A stretch of 64,000 nt of DNA from contig RDEW01000004.1 of assembly GCA_011109175.1 (NCBI GenBank), positions 706,030 to 770,029 of the forward strand, given 5' to 3'. The position numbers were made by a program, and so were the translations under genes. This document shows positions 11,557-24,258 of this stretch, piece after piece; positions within the stretch are counted from its first letter, which is position 1, and each line of letters begins with the position of its first letter. This DNA comes from Dicyema japonicum (taxonomy: Eukaryota > Animalia > Dicyemida). The notes under the pieces were generated by a model. It was not told the DNA's origin and ran no database searches. It was given only the letters and a program-made list of their open reading frames with translations.

Positions 11557-13130
11557 TCAAAGATGTAATATAGATCTAACATCATTCCAGACCAGAGGAA
11601 TAAGAATTTTGAATCCCTTGGACAAATTCAAATAAATATCACGCAGGATTCTGTGGAGGTGAATAAGTCTATGGGATTTCAAAGTCAAATAATTGGAATG
11701 ATTAGCCACACACAAAAAATGGTAAAAGAACACGAAAGGGGATGAAACCGATCTAAGCGTAAGCCACAAAACTCACACTGCCAACAAACTGATTGGGCCC
11801 GTAAGACACTCCCCTCTCTTCTTTAGATAAGCGATACAAGCAGTCCGTAAATTCCTCGTGACGTCTAAACTAACAAATATCCATAACCGTCTGCGGGGGC
11901 AAATATTTGGTGTAAGGCGAAGGACATTACATTCACCACAAACGAATGGTTGAAGGCCCTTTCTAAGCAAAAAGTCCTCAGTGATAATAGAACTGATCGG
12001 TAATCATCCAGGTTGACGTTCTTGAGTCTCTTTGAGAGAAGAATGGCGTCATATAGGCCAACTGTGAAACCTCCCCCGGTCAATGGATGCCTTGTATTGA
12101 AGGAATCCCCAGCATGGAGGAATCCGGGAATCAAAGGAAAGGGATCAGCTGTACTACGACATGGCATCACCATCATATCGGAGTTTTGGAGAGCGTCTTC
12201 AACCGAGTTTTTCATATTTTCTACAAAAATTAATGAAAATTAAAACCCGGAATGTCAGGGAGGATCTTTTTGTGGATAAAATTTTGAATATTAGAGGGGA
12301 CAGAGAGAGTGTCAATCAAAAGACGTGTTTGATTAGGTCCAATCTTGTAGATAAGTATGGGGGTGGATTCTGTGAGGACAATATCAGCGTACCCCTCTAG
12401 GGTTTGAGGGCAATTCTCAAGAATGCATCCAATAAAGTACGAGAATTTGATTTCGTTGACTTTTTTGTGGATTTGTGACTTTAGTTTGGACATGGATCCA
12501 TCACAGAGGACGTTCAACGAAGCATTCATAGTCTCATTTAACTAATAGATGGTACCTTGGTCACCCCCACATCGTCGTATTCAACCCCAATGACGACTCC
12601 CTTCTCTTTGATAAGCCTGGTCACTGTCCCGGGGATGATTTGGACATTAGGAAGCTGTAGAACCTTGTTTCGGAGGTTGTTTATGAATTGATAATAATGG
12701 AATGTGACCCCATTTATGGGAGTCTTCTTACTATTCAAATAAGTCACATCCACGAGACTCCCAGAATCATTGTGATGGAGGATGTACCCCTTAACTTCGA
12801 GAAAACCATCAACACAATCCATCATCCCCAGTTTTTCCAAAGCCATGATTCCCCCAGGCTGAAGAAACTCCCCCAACAGCTTTTTGGTCTCATTATTAAC
12901 GTCCTTTTCGATTATTACTATTTTATAGCCGAACTGACCCATGGCATATGCGAATGCACACCCAAACACACCGGCACCGACCACTATTATGTCAGCGTCC
13001 TTCTCAAATTGTACTTCAGGGATGTTAATCTGCCATTAATAAAGATAGTATACAAATCTCAAGTATAGAAGGGAATTGAGACGAGAATTATCAGAATCAA
13101 AGCACATAAACCACAAATCTCTAAAAACAT
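11557..13130 (-). CDS. SQLE: Squalene epoxidase (squalene monooxygenase)
   Basis: DIIVVGAGVFG FAD motif, GEFLQPGG..LEKLG, CDG, GDSFNTRHPLTGGGFTVGLYD, SFVVNVMSFAL, LRTACIAYLKKRGECLTGPISLLAV. Introns of 23, 26, 23 and 24 nt. First-exon splicing ambiguous. Confidence 0.92.
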
Positions 13131-13201
13131 ATGTTCTATTATTTTTAAATATATAATGTTTTATAAATAATTGTTAATATATTACCAAAAAATTCAAATA
13201 C

Positions 13202-13269
13202 TCTAAGGTACTTGTGAGAGGGTCCTACACGCTTGAATGGCACCCGGCCTCCTACGGTCGGGGTAACTG
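13202..13269 (+). ncRNA. Candidate structured two-hairpin motif, copy 2
   Basis: Same linkers as 4546-4621 but a different stem sequence, CCCGGCC:GGTCGGG. Confidence 0.4.
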
Positions 13270-14330
13270 TAACTATAGTCAAATACAATTTATTAGCGCG
13301 GTAAGATGATTAAATGGTTTGCTCAAAAATTGGATGATCATGTGCTGATCCTCATCATTATCAACGAATTATGTGCTGTTCCTCCCCTCTATTTTGCCCT
13401 AAAGGAATAATATATTGATTGACTATTCGCTAGGAAACGAAAGATTTGTTGTCTAGTAATATACTTAAGCTTGTACTATAAAGTTTTCTCACTATTTAAT
13501 TTGGAATATGCCAACTAATCACTAATAATTGTTTAAGCTTGAATAAATTAATTGATCATCATCAAACCCTCACAGGGAAATGTGCCTTCGATCCTAGATG
13601 AGGCAAAATTCACAACTAACGCAATTTTTGGCTTATTATTAGCAACATGAAGTCACATCAACCTTCATCCTATGCGTACTGGTAGGGGATCCTACATACT
13701 CTCGCTAATTCTTGAGAAGATGGATGATGCTTTCATCCACTTTGAAGGTACGCCGACATTCTGTGGAATAGATGCACGCCAAAATCTAAATTTTCGGCCA
13801 ATTAACCACTTTATAAATTTGGCTCTTTTGACTTGAAGAGCTCTCCGATCAAGACCGTATTCCTTCTTACATGCCCTTGCAAATTCATTCAATCGGCCAT
13901 CCCTCTTCTCGACTGTCCCTCTTTTTGCTATCAACAATCTGATGGCAAGTAGGATGGAAAGCGATTTGATCCCCGGGTTTCGGATGCGACTGGCTTGAAA
14001 ATGAATCTATACTGTCCAGTCGGTGTATTTGGCTACTGCATAACTCCCGTTAATTGCCGGATACAAAAAGCGGCACAAGAGTGTCTTATGCATTCAGATA
14101 TTTATTCCGATATGCACGTACTTGTGCTCTTGCTGAAGGGGAATCATTCATTAAAAACAAGTGACCTCATTAATTTTTTTCCTAGCGTACTGTGGAGCAT
14201 TAGGAATGCTGGATGACTGTTTCGTACAAGAAAAACAGCTAAGATGATGGAAGTCTTTCATAACATTGGTATTGAAGTAGAATTCTCAATCCATTATTGA
14301 TACCCCCATTCCTAGGAGAGTTAGTCTCAA

Positions 14331-14400
14331 GTGGGAAGTGTCAAAATCGAAAGGGGTACATTTCAAGGAGACCGACTATACCCCAGTTATTTGTTTGTCG
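14331..14400 (+). mobile_element. Reverse-transcriptase motif remnant within a degraded retroelement tract (about 13600-16400)
   Basis: VKIERGTFQGDRLYP resembles the non-LTR RT motif RGIFQGD.LSP. Confidence 0.55.
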
Positions 14401-16551
14401 GGTCCAACCTCAGGACGTGTCCAAAGAGTCTCCAACGAGAGCTTATAATCTTGAGACTTAAAGGTGCACAGTCACACATATTGTACAGTCCTTTCCGCAA
14501 TCCTCCTGAAGATCACTAGTTTGTCCCATTTGCTGTCGACACCAATTGTTCCCTACATTCGAATTGGGATCTACACATAACTTTGTTAACCACATCATTG
14601 GTCCCTACAAGACGGCTTAGGACTACTGTGGAAGAACATACTGGGGAAGGGACCTACTATGGGAGAACTAACTGGAGATGGGCTTACTAGCTTTGTACCT
14701 ACTATGTTCTGAATATAAGGGCGTTTAGAGGATTTATGGGATCCGACGCTAGGACGAGATTAAAATGGAGATGGGGTGCATCGGAAGTGTCCAGGTCGCA
14801 TAGGCGGATTCGTTAAAATACCCCTTAAACTAACTCTTAATTCCTGTTTCGAATAAAGTGATCCTGTCGGATCTGCTCAGTGATCCAAATGGTCACCGAG
14901 GATCTACCTGAGACTAGATGGCTTGAAAGCACATCTCGATAGCTATTGTCAGAGGGAACAACCCTGCGATCAAACTCCTTAAATTATTTTGATTAATTTG
15001 AAAACGTATTCATCTTGAAATACCATTAATTTAGATGAAATAACGTTTAAATTCAAGAGATTTCAGTTCCCAGTAGATGACGATAAATATAGTCATAAAA
15101 AGTGGTAGGTCTCAGTTTAGAAAAAAATTGTATTTTCATAAACAATTTTATGTAGGATGCTCAAGTAGGTTTGGGAGGCATAAAAGACACCTTTGGAAAC
15201 TTTGCCATTTTAAGAAAATCTATTGCCTTCAAGTGATGTTTAGCCCTTTTCGTAGCAGTTAGCTTGGTTTTTGATAAGGGTACCGCAATGGCTTAGGGAA
15301 TCATTCAAGTTACCTTCTAAAGTCATCCTCGTCTTTTTTTGAACCATGAACATCGTTACATGTGATTCTCACGATGAGGCTTTTAGGCGAATCCCAGAGA
15401 ACCAAAAATCATCAGGTTCATGTTTCTTTTAGTGTTATGTTGGGGATATTGGACATCCCGTGGCACTCTATTTGGGAGATATCGTGATTTTGACTTTTAC
15501 TTATTCAATATCATCTGTCTTCCGAGGTCGTTGAGAATATTCGCAAGCTATGACTTTAGACTATAGGCCACTGAGCTTGGTTAAGTTGAAGGGAAAAGAC
15601 GAGGTCTTTCGAAGGAACATCATTATTAACAATCATTGACCCAAATCCTATATGCTTCCGACACTTACTTTGCCACGAATTTTTGGTTTTTGATGTCTCC
15701 CGAGTCAGTGACATCGTCCGACTTTAACCATCATAGAACTAAGTAGACATTTAGGCATAACCACCAAAGTCTACAAATTAATTAATGACTCAGTTGACTG
15801 GTTCTAATATTTGTTTATTTAGTTATCCTGACCTCACTCTTCGCCTCAACCAATCTAGGCAATCAACCAGATTACCGACATCACTAACTTATAGGAGGTC
15901 ATCGGCTATGGCGGCAAATATGGCTCATAGATCGGTCACTCTCGGTGTAATAGGTTGACGTCGTTTAAGTTCTGAAGATTCAAAAGGTTGCCGTCAACTC
16001 GAAGAGGTTATAAAAAACAAAGGGCAAGTTGTGCATCACCCAGTTTATATCTGTGTTGGTAGAGAGGAGCCAGGTTTACCCTGATGATTCTCGGTAAAGA
16101 GGATTCTCATTGGTCGATTGAAGGAGGTAGACATGGTACTTGCTATAATCAAGTCTTAAACATAATCGTTTATCTGATTCACACGATGAGACGTCCTAGG
16201 GTTGGTCAGAAGATCGCTTAAGTGTAAATTGAATAAACTAGGGGACAAGAAGGAACCTTGAACTACCCCACTAGTAATTAGATTGATCGATTACTTGAAG
16301 TTCATCAGTTTTACATTCAGTGCACTTCGGAACCGCTTGATATGACCTCACTGAAGCAGTCTCTTCTCCCATTCTGATCTTCCCTGCACGTTTGATCCTC
16401 CTTAACAAGGATTCCGATCATCTCGTTTATTTACCTCTTTTTTTAAATGATTTAATATATATTATATCATTTTAACGATAATATAATTTAAAATTATTTT
16501 TAATACATTGCTTAATAGTGTCTTTGTTGTTAGTTTTGTGGACAAGTAATC

Positions 16552-18047
16552 ATGCCAAAATACCACTCAAACCATTCAAAGCTTTCAGACACTGATAAAA
16601 ATATCATCTCAAGATATTCAGTTGAAAATCCAAGCAACAATACTTCCCAAGTCACGAATCAGACAGCCACTCATGATACTTCTTTTAAAAGTTCTAAACG
16701 TGCTTTTCCTGAACACCAAAACATTGTTGAAGAAGTCGACGAGGAATCCCTGATAAGAAAGATCAAACGTGCTAAGGAGATTAGAATGGAAAGAAGAGAG
16801 TGCTTCAGAGAGGTCATATCAAGCAGTTCCGACTCCGAAGTGCACTCTGATCATAAAACTGAGGAAATTGAAACTCCCCCCACTTGTGATATCAACGTGG
16901 ACAGTAATTGTGAACAAGCACCCTCATATGTCCCCGAATTTGTTCCCAAGTCTGTTCTTCCAGATTATTTCCCGGCCATTCAGGGATGCAGATTCGTGGA
17001 TGAGTACACAAATCTTTCAAAGGTGGAGGAGGGGAGCTATGGAGTTGTGTTTCAGGCGAGGGACAAGACAACAGGTGTCCATTGTGGTAACCAAAGGTGA
17101 GCTTGTGGCACTAAAGCGGTTGAAAATGGAGAATGAGAAGGATGGGTTCCCAATAACATCTCTCCGTGAGGTCTCCACATTACTAAAAGCCCCTCATGAG
17201 AATATAGTGAGAGTACGGGTATGTAGTGATGGTAAATGTCAGGAGATTGTGGTTGGGTCACACATTGACAGGATATATGTGGTGATGGACTTTGTGCAGA
17301 CTGACCTGAAGTCTCTAATTAAGGCAAAGAAGCAGCCATTCAGAATAGGGGAGGTTAAGTGTTTCCTCAAACAACTGTTGACTGCTGTGGCCCATATTCA
17401 CAGTAACTGGATACTCCACAGAGACATTAAAACGTCGAATATTCTGATATCTGACAATGGGATACTCAAATTGGGGGACTTTGGATCGGCCAGAGAGTAT
17501 GGCTCTCCACTGAAGGACTACACTCCGATTATTGTGACGTTGTGGTATAGATCTCCTGAATTACTTCTTGGGATTAAGGTGTTGTTGAGGTCATTGTAGA
17601 AATACTCAACAAAGGTGGACATTTGGTCGGTGGGATGTGTATTCGCGGAGATGCTTCTTATGAAGGCGTTGTGGCCGATGAGGTCGGAGATAGCGCAACT
17701 GCAGGCAATATTCAAGGTGGGATGGGTTTTATTGTTTGTGGGATTTGGGATCTCCTAATGAACAGATATGGCCCGGGTTTAGTGACTTGGCTGGTGTAAA
17801 AATGATCAATATTCCTGATTACCCTTACAATTCTCTGAAGAATAGGTTTGGGAGTTATCTGAGTAATAATGGATTCAATTTGATTAATTCATTCTTTCGT
17901 TATTCGCCCGAGAAGAGGATTACGGCTGAACAGGCTTTGAGTGATCAGTACTTTTGTGATGAACCACGACCTGTTCATCCGTCCATGATGCCTATTGATC
18001 GGTTCCTATCTGACAAACCGCTCACTCCAAAGACTTGCTTTATTTGA
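16552..18047 (+). CDS. CDK11: Cyclin-dependent kinase 11 (PITSLRE)
   Basis: [90 protein letters not shown]. Introns of 22, 24 and 21 nt plus a non-AG intron starting at 17717. Confidence 0.95.
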
Positions 18048-18123
18048 CTTTTATTTTCTGTATATTACTATTTCTGTTTAGTCCTAGCCTTAGCTTTTAC
18101 ATTTTAAATTAAGTGGTTAATGT

Positions 18124-18236
18124 ATTTAGTTGGGGTGCAGTGGTTGCTGCTATTGCGTCACTTTTAGTTGGGACGTAGTGGCTGGTGCTTTTGAGTCGTG
18201 TTTAGTTGAGGCGTAGTGGCTAGTGTTGTCGCTGGT
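18124..18236. repeat. Three degenerate ~39-bp tandem units
   Basis: tttagttg(g/a)g..gtagtgg(c/t)t(g/a)..g repeated three times. Confidence 0.5.
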
Positions 18237-18713
18237 TTCAAGAGGGACTTCTAGTATCTGATCGGCACCCAAAAGGATTCTTCCCTTTCCTAATCTAGGT
18301 GAAGGGTTCCTTTAATAGCGAATATGGATGGACGTGATGCTTGAAAAGGATGCGCCCCACTTCGATGGTGTAAACTGGATAAAGCCTCTTTCGACATGGT
18401 AATAATAAAATTATTCCAAAAACCAATGGTGAAACCAAACTAACTAATTCCTTTATCCTGACTCGTTTTAGCAGAACTTTCACCCAAGAACAGTGATCCA
18501 AGGGATGTTGTCCGGGAAGCTGAGGTAGATCCCAGAACTCGTCGATAGGAATGAAATAAAAAGAATAGTTGGACTCGTTCGAATGTCGGCTAGGCATTGG
18601 GCGTCTCCTGAGTAAGGTGGAAATGCTCAACCAATTAGCCACAAATCACCACATTTATTTATTTATAATCACCACATGGCGCCACGTGGCTTTTAAAAAA
18701 CTTTAAAATATTA

Positions 18714-20041
18714 CAGGGTTTTCCTATTTATTTAATAACTTTGTCATAAAATTTAATAACTTTGTCAAAAAATTTAATAACTTTGTCATAAAATTTAATA
18801 ACTTTGTCATAAAATTTAATAACTTTGTCATAAAATTTAATAACTTTGTCAAAATTTAATAACTTTGTCAAAATTTAATAACTTTGTCAAAAAATTTAAT
18901 AATTGTCAAAATTTTAATAACTTTGTCAAATGTTTAATTTATTTATATTTTTGATTATTATTTATATTTTTGGGATCATTATTTATATTTATTGGATCAT
19001 TATTTATATTTATTAGATCATTATTTATATTTATTGGATTATTAAGTTCCTATAAATACAAATTTTAGCGCAAATTGAATTAAATGAATAGTTACAAAAA
19101 CAAAAATACTACTGTATCCGAGGATAACCGAAAACTTATTATAAATAAATATGAAGCAGGGTTGGCTTATTCAAAAATAAGCGAAGACATATGTATTAAC
19201 TATCAGACAGTTGTTTCTATCGTCAAAAAATACAAAAATACAGGAAGTTTTGCTTCAACAAAAAATAATTGTGGACGAAAGAAAAAACTTAATTCATCGG
19301 ACATCTTATTTTTGACTAAAAAAATTGAAGAAGATGCTTCATTTACTCTGAAGAATTTAAAAAATTCTTTATTTGATGTGCAAAGAAAAAATGTCTCTTT
19401 ATCGACAATAAATAGGACGCTAGATACATTTGGATATAGTTTTAAAAAGATTCAATTTGTACCTATGGCGAGAAATTCTACACAAATATGGAAGAAATAT
19501 ATAGATTTGCCAGAAAAATAATTGAAATTGATAATCAACGGCTTATTTTTATAAACGAAATGGGAGTCAATTGTTCTATGAGATCCAAATTTGGAAGATC
19601 CTCAACTCAATCCAATTGAAGAGTTTTTTTCTGTTTGGAAAAATAACATCAAAAAGAAAAATTGTAGGTACTCTGAGGAATTAATAAACGCAATCCAAAA
19701 CATCGGAGAAATTCCATCAGATGTGTGCAATAATTTGTATAGCCACATGCGGAGCTATTTAGTTAAAGCATTGGCTTATGAAGAATTTTAATTTATAGTT
19801 GTTTTTTTCAATTAATTATAAAATTGGTTTTTTTTAATTTGACCTTTGACAAAGTTATTAAACATTTTGACAAAGTTATTAAACAATTTGCCAAAGTTAG
19901 TAAATTTTGACAATTATTAAATTTTGACAAAGTTATTAAATTTTATGACAAAGTTATTAAATTTTATGACAAAGTTATTAAATTTTTTGACAAAGTTATT
20001 AAATTTTATGACAAAGTTATTAAATAAATAGGAAAACCCTG
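18714..20041 (+). mobile_element. IS630-Tc1-mariner superfamily element with long repeat-built TIRs and an internally deleted transposase
   Basis: TA|CAGGGTTTTCCTATTT...AAATAGGAAAACCCTG|TA. About 200-bp TIRs built from ~21-bp AATTTAATAACTTTGTCA(T)AA units. HTH ORF at 19084-19521, then LIFINEMG..FGRS fused directly to PQLNPIEEFFS, so the catalytic core is deleted. Confidence 0.92.
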
Positions 20042-20959
20042 TAACATATTAAATAAAAGTTGTCCTAACATTTTCTTAAATAATTCAAATTTACTATTTA
20101 TAATAAAAAACAACTACCGGGACTTTTTTACTTAAAAATTTGGCACGATTTTTTATACTTGCGAAAACAACTCCATATCTTCAACCATTGGCTGTAAAAG
20201 TTCTGCATTCAAGTCATATTTACGAAATGAATGGGATAAGTCGATATCCGTATTTTCTTATATTCATTACAAGACTGTGTGCTCAAGGATGTTAGTGCCT
20301 TTCTTTTAATTGATAGATTAAGCATAATTTTGAATACGAGACAACAATGAATGTTCTAACTCTAACCCCCTAATCCATAACCCCAGCATACAATAGTTTA
20401 TGATCTGCATAGAACTAGTCATTCTGAATCAAGTTAATCAAAGAGTGCCATCAAGAGAAATGTTGTTGAAGTCGTTGTAAAAGACCGTTCAGTATGCAGG
20501 TTTTCCAAGAATGAAAATATAGTGAGAGTTTGATGTTTCTCTCAATCAACCGAAGGGATGGACGTGGAAGATAATTAAAATGCATGGTACATTATCTTTA
20601 AACTATGGTAGAAACAAGAATAATTTTGACATAACTTTGTGCTCACCAGACCTTAATTCACCCCATTTCAAAAAAATGTATGTCCATCAGTCAAAATATG
20701 ACTTTTAGCCAGAGATACAGTATTTTTATAATTAGTTTTTTGGTTCGTATGGTAAAGGATTATGGAACCTGTCATTAAGACTTAACATTTTATAATATTT
20801 TTGATTTTATTTTTCTTACGGTGGGCCAATTTCCCCCCGATTTCCTTCGGGAAAGAGGCTGTGATACTTCATAATTTATAATGACAAACTGGTTACCAGT
20901 TGGTGGTTACCAGTATGTCAGAATGTTTTGTTTGAAAGAAGAATACTAAGTCAATCATT

Positions 20960-21900
20960 GACGGACCTAAAAAGAGGATCGACACTGGCAGCAAAAATTA
21001 AAATCAATGAACCTGTTTAAGGCAATAAACGATAATGCCCTATCGTTGAAAAAAACTATTACTTTGGACTAATTGACATCGAACCTGAATATGAAGTGAC
21101 TGACAAAACATACACAGAATCCTCGTGCACCTTCGGATTCGCCTGAAACCAGCGAATAAAGAAAAACTTTATATTCCGAGAAACCAACTTGGAAAGAGAT
21201 TCGAATCTACTACACATAAAAGTGAACGGATGCTACTCCAATTCCTACGAGACCCTGAAAAGAAGTCGAGTTACAGTTTGGGGAAGATAGGATTCTACGG
21301 GTCATCAAATCCAAAAATATACAGTTCAAGGGCCTGATATTCTCAGTCAACTGGCTAATTGAAGAAATTCAAAAAAGCAGCTACACAGAGTCCTAATCCA
21401 CCATCTGAGTGATATAAATGTCGACAATCTTCCCTTTGGTTATCTCACGGGAACAACTCTCCCAGATGTGAGGGAATGCTGTTTCTGACACCAACCGAAA
21501 TCTATTCTTTGATATGCTGTGGCCAGTTGCTTCCACTGCAGCTCTGCCAAAAAAACTGTTGCCCATTTGGCACAAGATGTGGTCGATCGCTGAATAGTGA
21601 CTATCTTCGACGTCATAAAGAGGTGTCAGATGCTCACATTTGCATCTATGCCGACAATACGGCATAAAAATCCAAAACACATTCTGTGAATTCAGTGATT
21701 GTGAATGAATCTGTTGAGATTCGAGTAAATGCAGCAATAACAGACACGAAAGTACAAAACAAACCAGATAATTTTGTACGAGACAAAATGAGGAATTTAA
21801 TTACGCTCATCGAAGTGGGATCACCTCTCAACAGGCGGTGAAACAAGTCGAGGTTGAGAAGTTAGTCAAATATTGTGAGCAAATTCTACAAATTTATCAT
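20960..21900 (+). mobile_element. R4/NeSL-like RLE non-LTR retrotransposon remnant, resuming at 25144-25260 after the hAT insertion
   Basis: KEKLYIPRNQLGK, HLATRCGRSLNSDYLRRHKEV..HLHLCRQYGIK, KPD..VRDK, LIEVGS; continues after 25143 with AYIQS..IKKTLES-like sequence. Confidence 0.8.
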
Positions 21901-22570
21901 TAGGGCGATTTTTGTAATAAAGTCAAAAATTCATGTTTTTTGTTAAAACTTATAAAATTTGATTTTAATCAAAAATATTATATAAATCAACAGTTTAAAG
22001 TCAAAAAAGTCAAAATTTAATTTTTTAGGTCAATAAAGTCAAAGTTTTATTGATTTTTTTTTTTATTTATTAATTTTTAGAGTTTTTGAATAAATACTAG
22101 CGTGTCATCAACTGTTATGCCGCATTTAAATCAGGAAGGTCGTTGAAAAGATTGAGACTGTTTTTAGAGAATATCCTGTTGAATTTTCTATCAACTCACG
22201 AATTTCTAACAACAGCTTTTTATTGAGTATTTTGTCTAGGAAACATTTCAAACTAACAAGTTTATCATTTTTATTAGTATTTTACTGGTGCTACTGTAAA
22301 AATATCTGATTTTTTCATTCCATTCACTGAGTGTACGATCAATGAGGTCACTAATATTTACTCGAATATAAGCAAACAAAATAGGCTATTCATGTCCTCA
22401 TCTTGTGACTCGTTATGAGGATATGTCGTGCAACTTATACAAAACGCAGTTTTTATTGAATCTTTCTTCAAAAAACATGTCAAACTAACATATGTGTAAT
22501 TTTTATTACTATTTCACAGATGCCACTGTAAAAACATATAATTTTCTCATTTCATCTGCTGACTCTAAAG

Positions 22571-24258
22571 CAGCGGTTCCCGAAGTGTGCCTGGAGGCTC
22601 CCTAGGGTGCCTCATTTTGGATCCGGGGTTGCTTATGGATTTTGCCAGTTTGAGGACGATTCGAAAAGAGCAGAGTGTAAGATGTGCCACACAATTATGT
22701 CAAAAAAAGACATTAGTACCATCTAAGTTCCATCGACATCTCTTTGTTCAGCACAAAGAATTGAAAAACAAAGATACATTTTTTTTTGGAAAAAATGAAT
22801 GCTGCTTTTAGTAAATCGAAAGATTCGATGAAAAACTTTACAAAAGATGAAAATTTAAAAGCCACTGAAACTTTCTATGAAGTTGATTATAATTTATAAT
22901 TTTTCTTAGACAAGTTACCTTATTATTATTATTACCCCCAGGATCACTGGGTCAAAGAGAAAGAAATAAAAGTTCTCATCTAACTAAGTGATCCCAGACC
23001 GACAAAGGTGAGGACGAGTCCGGCGGGGTCGAGAATCCTGAACAGCTCTTCTCATAGGACATGGCATCGGCTCACAATTTCTGTATGATTGTAGATAATT
23101 CGATAGTATTTGGAATAGAGGGCAGCTCGGTAGAACAGCCTCCTTTAATAGTTTTCGTTGTAGTTCAAGACAAGTTACCTTATTGCAAAAAATGGAGAAG
23201 CTCACCACACTATAGCGGAATTTTTAATAAAACCTTGTCTCAAAAAAATTATTTTATCTTGCTTATATGAAGATGATAATTCTCAAAAAATTAATTCGAT
23301 TCAGTTTTCTAACAGCACTGTAAAACGACGCATTGATGGTCTTTCCACTGACATTGAAGATCCGCTTAAGAAATCTGATTATTTTCTATTCAGGTTGACG
23401 AATCAACTGATGTTGAAGGATTATCAATATTATTAGTTTTTGTTCGTTACTTTTTTATTCTACACTGCAAGATGTTCTATTTTGTAAATGGCTTGAAAAA
23501 AACACAACTGGTCAAAAAATTTCAACGCAACCGATGATTATATGATTTCTCGGGAATTATGTCGGGAAAAATGTAATGATGTTTGCACTGACGGTGCTCA
23601 AGTAATGATCGGGAAGTTTGCTGGAGCCGTATTCCGTATAAAGCAAGAGCTCCACAGTGTTCAAGTTCGCATTGTATTTTACATCGTTATGTTCTTGTTT
23701 CTAAAAATATTCCATCCTCGTTAAAATTGGTTATAGACGATGTTAAAAATGAAAAATTTAAAGAAAATTAAAAAAATATTTTCCAGAAAATACTGATAAT
23801 TATGATTGGGTAAAAAATCCTTTGACATTAAGACAAACCTGTTGATTCAGTTAACTGAGGACTTTTTATTAAATATGAATATAAACTGGGATTGTTTCAT
23901 TTTTGGTCTGAATGCAGTTGGAAATATGAAAATATAGGCAAAAAAGCAATAACATCTTTATTACCATTTTCGACTACCTACCTCTGCGAGTTCGGTTTTT
24001 TCTATATTCCTCAACGAAAACAAAGTACAGGAATAAGCTTGAAGCTTCCTCAGACATAAGATTGCAACTATCCACATTGAACTCAATATTAAAGGTCTCT
24101 GCAAGCAAAAAAACAGTTTCATCATTCACATTAATTTAATTATGTTGCCTTAATAAAAAAATCAGAAATATAAGATATTTTTAATAAAAACAATTAGGGT
24201 GCCTCAAATTTTTAAAAAATCAGAAGTGCCTCACCTCAAAAAAGTTTGGAAACCACTG
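22571..24258 (+). mobile_element. hAT Buster/Charlie (ZBED5/SCAND3-like) transposon, decayed
   Basis: TIRs CAGCGGTTCCCGAA / TTTGGAAACCACTG. Transposase fragments LVPSKFHRHL, SNSTVKRRI, FSIQVDESTD, VCTDGA..MIGK, LLPFSTTYLCE.GFS, TKYRNKLE..DIRLQLS. Confidence 0.88.
22925..23167 (-). mobile_element. 5'-truncated retroposon with (TAA)n tail and 3' stem-loop; 17-bp TSD
   Basis: TSD agacaagttaccttatt at 22908-22924 and 23168-23184. The 3' ~100 bp is nearly identical to 42859-42957. Confidence 0.9.

Noticed and set aside
13030-13085. Stop-codon reassignment suggested by in-frame TAA/TGA near the SQLE start
   Set aside because: Explained by splicing (a 24-nt or 53-nt intron); TAA, TAG and TGA all serve as true stops elsewhere in the window.
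18730-18930. CRISPR array or satellite
   Set aside because: The 21-bp units are subterminal repeats of the IS630/Tc1 TIR, inverted at 19845-20020.
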